Below the pieces are notes generated by a model that was not told where the DNA came from, did not search any database, and was given only the letters and a program-made list of their open reading frames with translations. Positions 11,601 through 22,915 of a stretch of DNA of 64,000 bases are shown here, one piece after another. Positions within the stretch are counted from its first letter, which is position 1. The number at the start of each line of letters is the position of its first letter. Both the position numbers and the translations under genes were made by a program. The stretch is from NCBI GenBank assembly GCA_964016885.1, contig OZ024752.1, positions 19,530,001-19,594,000 of the forward strand, written 5' to 3'. The stretch is from Eledone cirrhosa. Taxonomy: Eukaryota.

Positions 11601-13010
11601 ATATATATAAAATTGAAATTGTCTGTCTGTGTGTGTGTGTGTCCTAAGTTTTGCAAAGTCTATACAAATCCACATTTGTCTTCAAACTTGGATTTATATA
11701 TTCCTTGCGGTCTAAAGATATTAACTGCAGGTTTTATTTTTTAATTTTCTGTTGTTAAAGCCGTGTTAGGCGCCGGTTATCGATCTCTCTCTCTTTTTAG
11801 ATAGATACATAGCTATAAGGTCGCACCCTTATAATATCTGTCTGTATGTCTGGCTGTCTGCATTACGACAAAAATTGTTCTCATTGATGTCGTATTTTTT
11901 TCGCTATTTGCTGTTCATTGCCAGGGAACGTCTTCACGAACCAAAGTATCGTCTTCCTGTTTTCCTTCGGTTGCAACGTTTTTCGGAATATTTACTTCTG
12001 CGTTCACAGACTGATTTTTTTAGTTTCAGAAGATGCCGTTAAGGGTGAAAGCACACGTAAGCAATGTCAATGTTACTGCTGCTACATAGGACTCCCATTA
12101 CCACTGAACTTTCACCTTTGCATTCTGCATTTCCATCCGCAGGCCAACATGGAATGGTCTTCATAGTAGTCAGTTTATTGAGGGAGAAACAGAAGGGTCT
12201 TGAATTTGCCATCCAAAAAACCCATGGACAATAACGAAAACTGCTAACATCAACACATTATGATACATTGTAGGTCGCTTTAACCCGTCTTTTATTAATC
12301 AAAAAACTTCTTGCCAATAAACATTAATTAACCCTTTGTGCGCCATTCATCTAACTGTAGACCAACAAATACCAACTAAATGGAGCATTGACAAGAACGA
12401 TGGCGAATGAATCTTCGAGGAAAGCAGTTTCCTCCCGAGCTGTTAGTTCACGTGGATTCTCTGCTACACCTTTTCATAATAATACTGAACAACGTACTGC
12501 ACATCACTCCTTCCTCCAAAAGCCATACAAAGCAGACATGTGCATCGGGCAGATGGATCGGGTGCAAATCTAGACCAGGCCTACGCGAGAAATTCGCAAG
12601 GGACTGCACCGAAAGGGATAGAGAGAAAGAGTAACTTAGTGACAAGAGTGCGAACGAATGAACTTTTGAGGTAAGTAGCCTACGCCTTACTGCTATGACA
12701 CTGGAACCTTCTGCCAACTTAACCTGACTTTCTCTTTCACTTTTACTCCAATAGGCCAAAACAGAGTGGAAACGCCGGGGGACAACTGTCACAGAAGGAG
12801 TATGAAAAGAAGGGGCTCAACAATATTTCTATGAACAATGCACGTAGACAGCTAAACTGTACTTTCAACTTCTTAATTTTCTCCAAATAAAACAAGTTTC
12901 CTGTCGGTATATTTTCGTGGGTTTTTAACAGGCACTCACAAATAAACGTTTCTCATTGGAGGTGCTATTACCAATGTTCTTACCCGTGCAACGCCGGGAT
13001 ACACTGCTAG
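11601..13010 (+). mobile_element. Non-autonomous Helitron
   Basis: 3' hairpin CCCGTGCAACGCCGGG then CTAG followed by T; 11939-12052 is shared with the Helitron at 59795-61439; 5' boundary is approximate inside an AT tract. Confidence 0.75.
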
Positions 13011-13049
13011 TATATATATATATATATATATATATAAATATATATATAT

Positions 13050-13228
13050 ATAAGTAGAAGGGGTATTTAATTTGTTGGAAATCCGACAAATATAAATATA
13101 AATGTTTATAACTGATTTAGAGCACTCAACAGTTTCCTGGACTAAATATTCAATGATATTAAATTAATGGAAACTATATTTATAAAACCATATTTATTTT
13201 ATTATATATATTTCAAGGGTACCAAAAG
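13050..13228 (-). mobile_element. Short HHR-family E element (3' half of HHR plus downstream sequence)
   Basis: TTGGTACCCTTGAAATATATATAATAAAATAAATATGG matches 41634-41706. Confidence 0.7.
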
Positions 13229-13282
13229 ACTTATATATATAAAAATATATATATAAATATATATGAATATAAATAAATATAT

Positions 13283-13598
13283 ATCATCATCATCATCATC
13301 ATCACCGTTTTACGTCCGTTCTTCCACGCTAGCATGGGTTAGACGGGTTGTCCTGTTGTGGGCAGTGTCTGGTCGGCTGACCATGCCTTGCTCATACAGG
13401 AAATGATTTGGCTTGATTTCTACAGCTGGATGCCCTTCCTAACACCAACCTCATTTACAGTGAGTGCTGGGTGCTTTGTCGTGGCGCCTACACGTCCACT
13501 TTACAGTGTGGGTTGGGTGCTTTTTTGCCAGAGGTCACAGTCGTGTGTCATCGACTTTGAGAGGTGTAATTGGGTAAGGTCGGCTTTTATCACCTCAT
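13283..13598 (-). mobile_element. RTE family A 3' fragment with internal deletion
   Basis: Matches 4141-4560 with a segment missing. Confidence 0.85.
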
Positions 13599-13691
13599 CA
13601 TATATATATAAATAAATATATATATTTAAATATAAATGAAGCTGTGATCACCTCCAACTGACCAAATCAACCACAGGAGGTCAAATCCTAT

Positions 13692-14021
13692 GTGGGTATG
13701 GCGGAGGGCCGATTTAAGGAACATTTCCTGAACCACACGTCGACTTTTAGGTACTTGGACAGACATTCATCCACAAAACTCGCGAGCCACGTATGGTCCC
13801 TCAAGGACTCACGTATAGACTACTCCATTCCATGGAAAGCCATCACTAAGTCCAAGCCATACGGAAGGGGAAATCCGTCGTGTGGACTATGTATTGATGA
13901 ACGAATAAATATTCTAAAGAGATTATGCAATAGTGATTGCCTAAACACGAGAAATGAATTCTTCATACGTTGTCCACACGTTTCGAAACACCTCTTGCAT
14001 AACTACAAAGCTTCGGATTGA
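13692..14021 (+). CDS. PLE GIY-YIG endonuclease C-terminal fragment
   Basis: YVGMAEGRFKEHFLNH...LASHVW...CGLC..E...LNTRNE...CPH, typical of PLE endonucleases; 5'-truncated so not an expressed gene. Confidence 0.75.
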   Translation: MGMAEGRFKEHFLNHTSTFRYLDRHSSTKLASHVWSLKDSRIDYSIPWKAITKSKPYGRGNPSCGLCIDERINILKRLCNSDCLNTRNEFFIRCPHVSKHLLHNYKASD

Positions 14022-14181
14022 ATTACAACATCATCATTTTCTTATCAACTAGAAACTTTTCGGACTTTCGCAGTTATCTCCCTTACACCTCTCGCACGCA
14101 TTTTAGTATTGCCTGTGTGAAGTGACCAGTTTCTGCACATGCGCGTTCGTACGGTTGTCCTTCCTGTTCCTATAACCATGC

Positions 14182-14231
14182 CCATTCCGAGCTAAGGATC
14201 CGCTAAGGTGAAACAATTGTTCTCGGTATGG
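14182..14231 (+). ncRNA. Type I HHR motif, degenerate core
   Basis: ccat-t-ccgag CTAAGGA tccgctaaggt GAAAC aatt GTT ctcgg-t-atgg; G5 is replaced by A. Confidence 0.65.
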
Positions 14232-14336
14232 TGAACTAACTGTTGTGTAACCACTTCTACCTAACTCGTCCCATGGACTGAGTGCTCTACCACTACGGAT
14301 ATTACCTTCCAGTGTCTACCACTATATATATATATA

Positions 14337-14540
14337 TGTGATAAAAGCCGACCTTACCCAATTACACCTCTCAAAGGCGATGACACACGACTGTGACCTC
14401 TGGCGTCACACAGTAATACAGAGTACCCGACCTCCCATGGGTACAAGCTGAAGCATATAGACTATATGCCCCCACACCCCTCACTGCAAGGTGGTCGTGG
14501 AGGTGCCATGGCAAAAAAGCACCCAGCCCACACTGTTAGG
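14337..14540 (+). mobile_element. RTE family A fragment
   Basis: Reverse complement of the ORF-end/3' UTR region seen at 4360-4555. Confidence 0.8.
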
Positions 14541-14813
14541 AATGTATATATGAATATATGTATATATATATATATATGGGATAACAAGTTATCGTTTTAG
14601 ATAATCCAGTTAGAGGTTGTGTGTACTCTGTATTGTGGATAGTTTTAACGTACGGCAATCGTATTCTGCACTTATTTTTTTACTTAGTTTTTTTCATTTT
14701 TTCATCTTTATCATCTTCATTCAAACTTCTTTATTATTATCTTTTATTATTGATGTTATTGTTTTGATTCTCCGATGTATCTATAAATACCAATGCCATG
14801 TGTTAAACCCTCC

Positions 14814-14926
14814 AGTATTCCGATGATTTGATAGAGGCAAACACTGTTATTTACGGTTGAGTGATGCAACTTCGAGTGATTAGTGGCCTTTAGACTCACC
14901 TGATCAATGAAACAATTGTTAATACT
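14814..14926 (+). ncRNA. Type I HHR motif with long stem II insert
   Basis: agtatt CCGATGA t-ttgat...atcaa-t GAAAC aatt GTT aatact; TATAAA at ~14782 and AATAAA right after, as in a pLTR. Confidence 0.65.
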
Positions 14927-15125
14927 ATAAATAAAACCCTTTTTGTACAGCAAACCATGTTATTCTTCACTCTTTCACACAAGTACAATAACAACAAACA
15001 CATATAAACACACACTAGTGAACAAAGATAGAATGCAAAAACAAAAACACATACACCCAAACGCGAACACACACACCAAACACTATACACACATGCAAAC
15101 GTATGCGCAGATACAGAGGCAAGAA

Positions 15126-15164
<39 letters not shown>

Positions 15165-15468
15165 AATAAAATAAAAATGGCGTAGACATTACAATACAAT
15201 AGGAGGGAACATAATAGTACCACTGATGATGTTGCAGATGTGCAACAAAAGAACTTTGATAGATTATATATATATATTTATATCTGTATTTTTATCCGTT
15301 GGTCAATCAATGATAAACGTTGATTGCCAAATAAATTAACTATGGAGATATAAAAGATACAGAAGCGAAAACCAGCTAAACAGTGAGTGTGTTCTGTTGT
15401 TATTTCTGGCAATATTATTACAACAATATGACCCTCCCTAAGTATAACAATAAATATAAATATATATA

Positions 15469-15929
15469 TATGAATGTATGTATAGTATATTTGGCAATAT
15501 ACTGTATGTTTAATTAAAAACATTTTGAAGACCTTGCGCTATTATTTTAAAGTAGTGACTATGTCACTTACTTCTTTTTTCAACAAAGGAAGGGAGATAA
15601 GCTGACAGATCTGTTTCACACTGTTGGTGTTCATCAGAGATTAGCACTCGCTGACCTTTGTTGAAAATTATAGAGGCTGGATTCTTATAGAATTCCAGTA
15701 ATAATCAGGAACTGATTATACAGAGCGATTGCCGGTCCAACAAAAATTGAAAATTAGGATTGGTGCTCTGAAATTGTTGGAAAAAAGAAGTGACATAGTC
15801 ACTACTTTAAAATAATAGCGCAAGATCTTCAAAATGTTTTTAATTAAACATACTGTATATTGCCAAATATACTATACATATATTCATGTATACATCGCTA
15901 TTTCAGAGCACCAATCCTAATTTTCAAAT
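15469..15929 (-). mobile_element. Retrozyme-like element, inverted and circularly permuted
   Basis: Inverted repeats 15471-15586/15774-15886 and 15747-15774/15900-15927 around an HHR. Confidence 0.7.
15577..15667 (-). ncRNA. Type I HHR with intact core and extended stem I
   Basis: CTGATGA acac-caaca-gtgt GAAAC agatct GTC; distal stem I TTTTCAACAAAGG/CCTTTGTTGAAAA. Confidence 0.8.
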
Positions 15930-16029
15930 ATATATATATATATATAATGAAAAATTGAACAGGGACAGAACAGAGAGGCAGTACAATAAATGTTTATTAA
16001 ATTCACGCTCAGGAGAGTGGGGTGTAGGT

Positions 16030-16068
16030 GGGGGACGACGTTTCGGGCATAAGCCCTTCTTCAGGTGA
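16030..16068 (-). ncRNA. Minimal PLE-type HHR-like motif
   Basis: CTGAAGA a-gggc-ttat-gccc GAAAC GTC; stem I pairing is not evident. Confidence 0.6.
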
Positions 16069-17428
16069 GAAGTGTGTGGGAACAGAGTTCAAAAGGTGTG
16101 TAGGGGAGTGGTGGAGAGACATATAGCGAAAGGAAACGGTGCGAATGAAGAATTAACAAATAAAGACAAAAAATATATAAAGACAAAAAATATAATAAAT
16201 AAAAATAAAGCATGATCAAAATACAAGGAATGAGAAAATTGAAAAATAAAGGCATGATCAAAATAAACTGAAATTAAAAGGGGGGTAAACAGGTGGTGGA
16301 AGGGTGTAGGGTGAGTAGGGGTGGTGGCGGGTGGAGTGGGGAGAGGGAGACGGGGTGTCCGAGCGGGAGGGCTGAAGGTGGTGTGTGTGGTTAGGTGTGC
16401 GTGTGTGTGTGTGTGTATGTGAAAGTGAGGGTTGGGGGAAGAACGGGGTTGCATGTTCAGGAAGGTGTGTGTGGGGGGTGTTTTTGTGGGTCGGAGTGTC
16501 TGTGCGTGTGTGGATAGGGGGTGGGGGGGGGGGGAATCAGGAGGCTGAGGGTGTAAATATGTGGTGGGAAGCACGTGTGTGTGGTTTAAGCGTGTTGTGG
16601 GTGTGGGTGGCGTGTGGATAAAAAAAATTTTGGGGGGGCTGTGTGTGTGGGTGAGTTATATAGGTGATGGTGTAAGAGGATGGTTGAAAAGTTGGTAAGT
16701 TACACGGATGTTTGGAGATTTGGTTAGAAGTCAATTTCGCGTGTGGGTAATCCAAGAAGCGGTGGTCGGAAGAGGAGAGATGTGGGGTGCGCGCGCAACA
16801 GGAAGTGGTCAGCAGTGGGAGTGCTGTGGTCAGTTGGTGCTGAGAGGTGGTCGGAAGGGCATAGCAACAGTCGGCGGAATGGTAGGGAGGCGAGGATGGG
16901 TAGGTGTGAGAGTTGGAGTGAGGAGGGTGTGTGTGTGTGTGTATTAGTAGGGGTGTTAGTGGGATGAGTGAGTGTGGAGCGGGGAGAGAAGGGTGTGTGT
17001 GGTTCTATGGAGGGAGTGTGGTGTACTGGTGTATGTTTAGTTTGGTGAAGAGGTGTTAGTGGGTGTTAGTATACGGGAGGTGGGGAGGGGTGGAATGCAG
17101 GTGTGAGTGGGGGTTAGTGGTGGTAGGGTGTGTGGGTACGTGTGCGTGGGGTTGGGGGGTGTTAGTGATGTTAGTTGCGTGTGGGGTGGGTGGTGTAAGT
17201 GGGTGCGTGTGTGCATGTGATAAGGAGGGGGGAGGAGGACAAGAGGGGAGGGAAGGGATGTTAGTATGTTAGTTGGGGAAGGGTGGTCAGATGAGGGGTG
17301 GAGTGGAGGTGTTAGTATTGTTAGTGTGGGGTGGGCGGTGAAAAGGAGGGGTGTGTTAGTGGTGTTAGTGGGGGATAAGTGTGGGGGGAGGGGGGCGGTC
17401 GAACGCTAAAGGAATAAGGGTGGGGAGT

Positions 17429-19280
17429 TCAGGCCGGGGGGAGTGTGGGTCTGTAAGATGAAGATAGTGCGTTGTTCGACCGTAAGGCGATGGGCGGGTG
17501 TTCCGTGGCACTGGAGTAGGACACAGACTGTGAGATGGCGTGTGGAGTGTCCAGGGCCACCAAAGTGGCGGGCGATGGGAGAACTGCCCCGAGACGAATA
17601 TCCCAGAGGTGCTCCGTGACTAGGTTGGAGGAGGTGCAGCGGAAGGCATGCCGGACCGAGAGAGAGTGGCCGTTGGGACCCTGGAAGGTGGTGGTGTTGG
17701 TGATGTGGGGACAGGTGTTGCAGCGGGGCCTAGAACAGGGGAAGGAACCGGGGGGGGGGGAACCGGAGCGTGGGTTGGGGGGTAGGGAGCTGTGGACGAG
17801 GAGGGTGCGGAGATTGCGTGCGCGTTTGAAGGAGGGGAGTGGTGGGGTTGGGAAGATGTGGGAGGTGGAGGGGTCGGACTGGAGGCGTCGGAAGAGGCGG
17901 CGGATGGTGCGGTGGAGGGGTAAGGTGGAGGGGTGGTAGGTGATGGGGAAGGGGAGACGGTGGGTGGGTGTGCGGTGGCGTGGGGTGAGGGTGGTGGAGC
18001 GGGGGATAGCACGGGCGCGGGTGAGAGCGGTGTAGACGAGAGAGGGGGGGTAACCTCTGCGGATGAAATGGCTGACTAGGGAAAGGGCCTGGGACTCGAA
18101 GTCAGCATCACGGCTACAGAGGCGGCGGATCCTGAGAAGTTGGGAGTAGGGAATGGAGAGTTTAGTGTGGGTGGGGTGGGAAGAGGTGAAGTCGAGGTAA
18201 GAGTGGGAGTCGGTGGGTTTCAAGAAGGCGGAGGTGACGAGGGAGTGGTGGGAGGGGTCGAAGGCGACGGAGATGTCTAAGAAGTGGACGTGGGTGGTGG
18301 AGATAGAGGTGGTGAAGTGGAGGGATGGGTGGAAGGAGCAGAAGAAGGAGAGAAAGGAGTCGAGCTGTACTCGGGTGAGGGTCGTGGTTCCGATACAGTC
18401 GTCAATGTAACGACCGTACAGTTCGGGCGTGGGGCCGGTGTACTGGGCAAAGATTTGGGCCTCAACATGGCCAACAAAAAGGTTGGCATAGTTCGGGCCC
18501 ATTCTTGTGCCCATGGCTACCCCCGTGACCTGTTGGTAAAACTCACCCGAGAAGGAGAAACAATTTAGGGTGAGGACCAGCTCGGCGAGGCGAAGGAGGG
18601 TGGGGGTGGAGGGAATGGGGGAGGGGCGAAGGTCGAGGTAGTGTTTGAGGGCGCGAAGGCCGTCGGCGTGGGGGATGACGGTATAGAGGGACTTGATGTC
18701 TAGGGTGAAGAGGAATGGCTGAGGGCCGGGTAGGTAGGTGAAGGAGTCGAAAAGGCACAGGGCGTGGTTGGTGTCGGAGATGTGGGAGGGGAGGGTGGTG
18801 ACAAGGGGGGCGAGGAGGGAGTCGAGAAAGGCGGAGATGAGTTCGGTGGGGCAGTTGCAAGCGGAGACGATGGGGCGGCCGGGGTTGTCGGGTTTGTGGA
18901 GTTTGGGGAGGAAGTAGAGGGTGGGGGTGCGGGGGGTGCGGACGATGAGGTGGGAAGCGGTGGGGGGGGAGGAGGGAGGAGGCGATAAGGTCTTTGATGG
19001 TGGAGGAGACTTGTTGTTGGTAGAGGGGGGTGGGATTGGAGGGTAGAGGGCGGTAAAAGAGGGGGTTACAGAGCTGCCTGAGGGCTTCGGCCGTGTAGAG
19101 GTCCGCGCGCCACACCACCACGGCGCCTCCCTTGTCCGCCGGTTTGATGACGATGTCATCTCGGCTACGGAGGGAGCGGAGAGCGAGGAGTTCGCCCCGT
19201 GAGATGTTGTGCCGTTTGGAACGGTGGCGGAAGTCGAAACGATTTACTGCGCTACGGCTGGCATCGACAAAGGCGTCCAG

Positions 19281-19282
<2 letters not shown>
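17429..19282 (-). pseudogene. PLE reverse transcriptase, frameshifted, endonuclease core deleted
   Basis: Frame change in the G-run near 18965; after FRCTSSNLV the expected Y.I.C..C...YIGET segment is absent. Confidence 0.85.
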
Positions 19283-19320
<38 letters not shown>

Positions 19321-19341
19321 TATATATATATATATAAATAA

Positions 19342-19460
<119 letters not shown>

Positions 19461-19483
19461 TATATATATATATATATAAATAA

Positions 19484-19544
<61 letters not shown>

Positions 19545-19810
19545 TATATATATATATATATATCAATGATAAACATTGATTGCCAGCTGAATTAATTATA
19601 GAAATATAAAATATACTTAAGTGAAAACCAACCCAAATATATACATAACTCTTAAAGTTTTATATATATATATATAAATATATATATATATATCATCATC
19701 ATCATTTTACGCCCGCTTTTCCCTGCTTGCAAGGGTAGGACAATATATATATATATATAGATATATATGTAAAGTACAGAACAATCAAATCTATGTTTAA
19801 GACATTTTAT

Positions 19811-19857
19811 TGCTGACAATCGTTTTTTCCAAACAGTTGTTTGGAATCATCGGAGCA
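19811..19857 (-). ncRNA. Degenerate type I HHR motif
   Basis: tgct CCGATGA ttccaaac-aact-gtttggaa AAAAC gatt GTC agca, followed by AATAAA. Confidence 0.6.
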
Positions 19858-19975
19858 TTGGCAAAGTTTAAACACATAAAGAAATTCCTATTCTACAGAA
19901 CATTCATAAAGATACATTGATACTATTGTTGCTATCAATCGTGTCATATTCAAAGTGAATATATATGTATATATA

Positions 19976-20308
19976 CTAGCCGAATTACCCGCGCCTTGCT
20001 GCGTTTCACAAGAAAATGTTGATTGATTTTAAATCAGTGATGTAATTTATGGAGAAAAACTCCATTAGGGCATTTTAATTTATTGAAATTTGCTGAAATT
20101 TTGTGAATAGGAATCATATCTTGTCATTTACCTATGGTTTAAATTTCATATAAATCGAAGGGGAAACATTTTCAGCAGGGGTTTGTGCCCCCGGGGAACC
20201 CTTTGATTAAAATGAAATATACTTATCCAAGTACCCTGGGCAATCTAGTTTCAGAATATATATGGTTATGGGGGTCCATTTCCAAAACCATAGGAGGCTA
20301 CAAGTTTA

Positions 20309-20312
<4 letters not shown>
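19976..20312 (-). mobile_element. Short Helitron-like element
   Basis: Minus strand ends CGCAGCAAGGCGCGGGTAATTCGGCTAG then T (hairpin plus CTAG). Confidence 0.6.
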
Positions 20313-20356
<44 letters not shown>

Positions 20357-20357
20357 A

Positions 20358-20391
<34 letters not shown>

Positions 20392-20419
20392 GTATATATA
20401 TATATTTATATAGTTATAT

Positions 20420-20911
20420 ACCAATTGTAGCGGCTTCCCGCCTACATTAGTAATCTTCTCTGGCTTCTTAATATTCTCTACCAGATATTTCGTCTTAATC
20501 TCATTCATTCTCAACCCCACACTCATCGACACAGTCTCCACCCCTGCATCAACTCCTCTGCCTCCTTTACTGTGTTTGTCACCAGAACTATGTCGTCGGC
20601 AAATTCAGCATCCAATATCTTTTTCGCCTTAACTCTCCTGCTCTGAGCCGGTGTTACAGTAAAGCTTGAAAGTGACACAGAGGAAACTGGGGTTAGCTGG
20701 ACATGCTCACCGACATCCAGAGTTGACATTGCACTCAGTGCTCCTGTGGGAGCCCCTGCATGGTCACACTGGAAGAGGAAGACCTAGGTTAACATATGTT
20801 GATGCCCTGGTCTGTTGGAGACGCAGGACATGGCAGCGATAATGAGGGACAGAGACCGCTGGAGAGAACTCATCCATGGATCTCAGGAATTTTACCCGCC
20901 CTAGATAGATA
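20420..20911 (+). mobile_element. RTE-clade LINE (TAGA-tailed family) with 5' inversion
   Basis: 20420-20666 on minus (EFADDIVLV...), 20668-20901 on plus matching 8053-8298. Confidence 0.85.
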
Positions 20912-21674
20912 ACTTTCTTTTTATTTGCCACCAGGGCATCAAAGAGTGGGACAAGTACAATGGGGGGAGTTTACATAAAAAGGCATCCTCACCAAGGAGG
21001 AGGCAATAACAAAATATAAAAATATAAAATATAACAAAAATAAATTGAAAAATAAAATCCTCAATAGGGAGGAGGCGCCTTGGGGGGTCGCACACACCCC
21101 CGAAAAAAGTGTGCAACCCTTTTCCTCAGGAGCACAGAGAGAGGGTGCTCCCATGATCTTTCATCTTTCTCACCTATAGTCTGAAGTAGAGTGAAGGCCC
21201 ATTCACACAGGCCATTCTCCCCACTTTCACACATCTTTCATAGAAACAGCTGGGGTGCAGCACCTCTCTCTCCATCCTGATCCTTCTTCCGAAATGATAT
21301 CGGAAGAAACGGACCAGTTGTTGGCCAGAGAGAAAGGTGTCTGACCTCAGTCCTTTCAGATGCGTCCACCATACAACCTCTTTCGCCATGGTTACTATGC
21401 ACAGAAACACCGCCTCTCCTTCGGCGGCTTGATCGTTACAATAGACTCGGTGGTCAACCGGATCGGTCCCACCCTTGACAGCAGTTGTTCGACATAACCC
21501 CACAGATCGGCAATGCCCGAGCAGTGTACCAATGCGTGTGCAACGGTTTCTTCGTCGCACACACAGCTGGGACAGATCTTTTTCGAGGGGTCCCTACCCG
21601 GGCGCCCGTGTCTGTAGAGCCTTTCTTGAATGGGCAGAGCCCCTCGGTAGCACTGCCAGGCCAGGGACCTCTGT
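20912..21674 (-). mobile_element. L1/Tx1-clade LINE 3' fragment
   Basis: RSLAWQCYRGALP...CPSCVCDEETVAHALVHC zf-RVT-type CCHC motif; AATAAA near the end; flanked by (GATA)n. Confidence 0.8.
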
Positions 21675-21695
21675 ATAGATAGATAGATAGTTATA

Positions 21696-21890
21696 TATAG
21701 AGAAAAGGTGGAATTGGAAATAGCACGGAAAATATATTTAAGGATCTGTTTTTCTTTTCTTCTTTGATTCATCAAAGTGAAAATATAATTGAAAATGTCA
21801 ACTTGATGAATCAAAGAAAAAAAAAAGAAAAACAGATCCTTAAATATATTTTCTGTGCTACTTCCAATTCCACTTTCTCTCTCTCTATAT
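21696..21890. repeat. Imperfect fold-back (~80-bp arms) in TA tract
   Basis: GTGGAATTGGAAATAGCAC...GATTCATCAA pairs with TTGATGAATC...GTGCTACTTCCAATTCCAC. Confidence 0.85.
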
Positions 21891-22390
21891 ATATATAAAA
21901 CTTTAAGAGTCATGTCTATATATTTGGGTTGGTTTTCACTTCGGTATATTTTCTATTTCTATAATTAATTCAGGTGGTCGTAATTAAAAGGGTGTCCTGC
22001 GTGGCACACACTCTAATACTCTAGCTATGTCACTGGGTACACGTGCCAGTGGAATGTTTAGCCACTTGTATATTAATTGTGGTTCGATTGTTTAAACAAG
22101 TGGAACACACCTTGTCGGAACTGACTAACGATGGACAACAAAGGACAGGATGGACTTGCAACAGACACAATGATGGATGTTCCATCATTTTGCCTTTCAA
22201 AGCTGACAAGTCCTCCTAATATTGGCACAAGGCCAGCAATTTGGGAGAAAGGGAAAGTTGATTATATCAACCCCAGTACTTAACTGGTACTTCATTTGAT
22301 CAATTCCCAGTACCTTTATGTATGTATAATATATATATATATATATATATGTATATATGTGTGTGTGTATTCACACATATATGTGTGTAT

Positions 22391-22820
22391 ATCATCATCA
22401 TCATCATCATTATCATCGTTTAACGTCCATCTTCCACGCTAGCATGGGTTAGACGGTTTTATTCCATTTGATGCGGGAATGGTCGGGAGACCATGTCTCG
22501 CTCGCACGGCAGTGTCTCTCGCAGGTTTTTTATGGCTGGATGCCGTTCCTAACACCAACCATATTTACAATGTGGCTTGGGAGCCTTTTCACCGTGTCTC
22601 CTACACGGCCACCTTACAGTGTGGACTGTTGTGTCATCGACACAGTGGATGAAACGGGAGAGGGAGGATGGGGTAGAGGTGTAGGGGTGGGGAGTTAAGA
22701 GGTGCCTACTGACTGTAGGTTTGTATGGAATGGCAGTCGGGTCTTCTGTACAACTGCATGGCGCCAAAGGTCTCAATCCAGTGTCATTGTCTTAGAGGGG
22801 TGTAGGTGGGCAAGGTCAGT
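22391..22820 (-). mobile_element. RTE-clade LINE 3' fragment (diverged subfamily)
   Basis: (GAT)n tail and GGCTGGATGCC.TTCCTAACACC 3' UTR motif. Confidence 0.8.
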
Positions 22821-22884
22821 TTATATACATATATATATATACACATTATATATATATGTATATATACATATACACAGGTATACA

Positions 22885-22912
<28 letters not shown>

Positions 22913-22915
<3 letters not shown>

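Larger units (their letters stand above)
13637..14323 (+). mobile_element. Penelope-like element 3' fragment (GIY-YIG endonuclease plus pLTR with HHR)
   Basis: Endonuclease-like ORF followed by an HHR-like motif at 14182-14231; flanked by (TA)n. Confidence 0.8.
15947..19282 (-). mobile_element. Penelope-like retroelement (Neptune-like), 5'-truncated
   Basis: [48 protein letters not shown] linker; HHR-like motif and AATAAA near 3' end; (TA)n on both sides. Confidence 0.92.

Noticed and set aside
15300-15335. Collapsed HHR (AATGAT..AAACGTT), family also at 19563 and 21900
   Set aside because: Better explained as a simple 9-bp hairpin; no catalytic core.
16940-17370. Telomeric repeat
   Set aside because: Scattered GTTAG motifs without a tandem (TTAGGG)n array.
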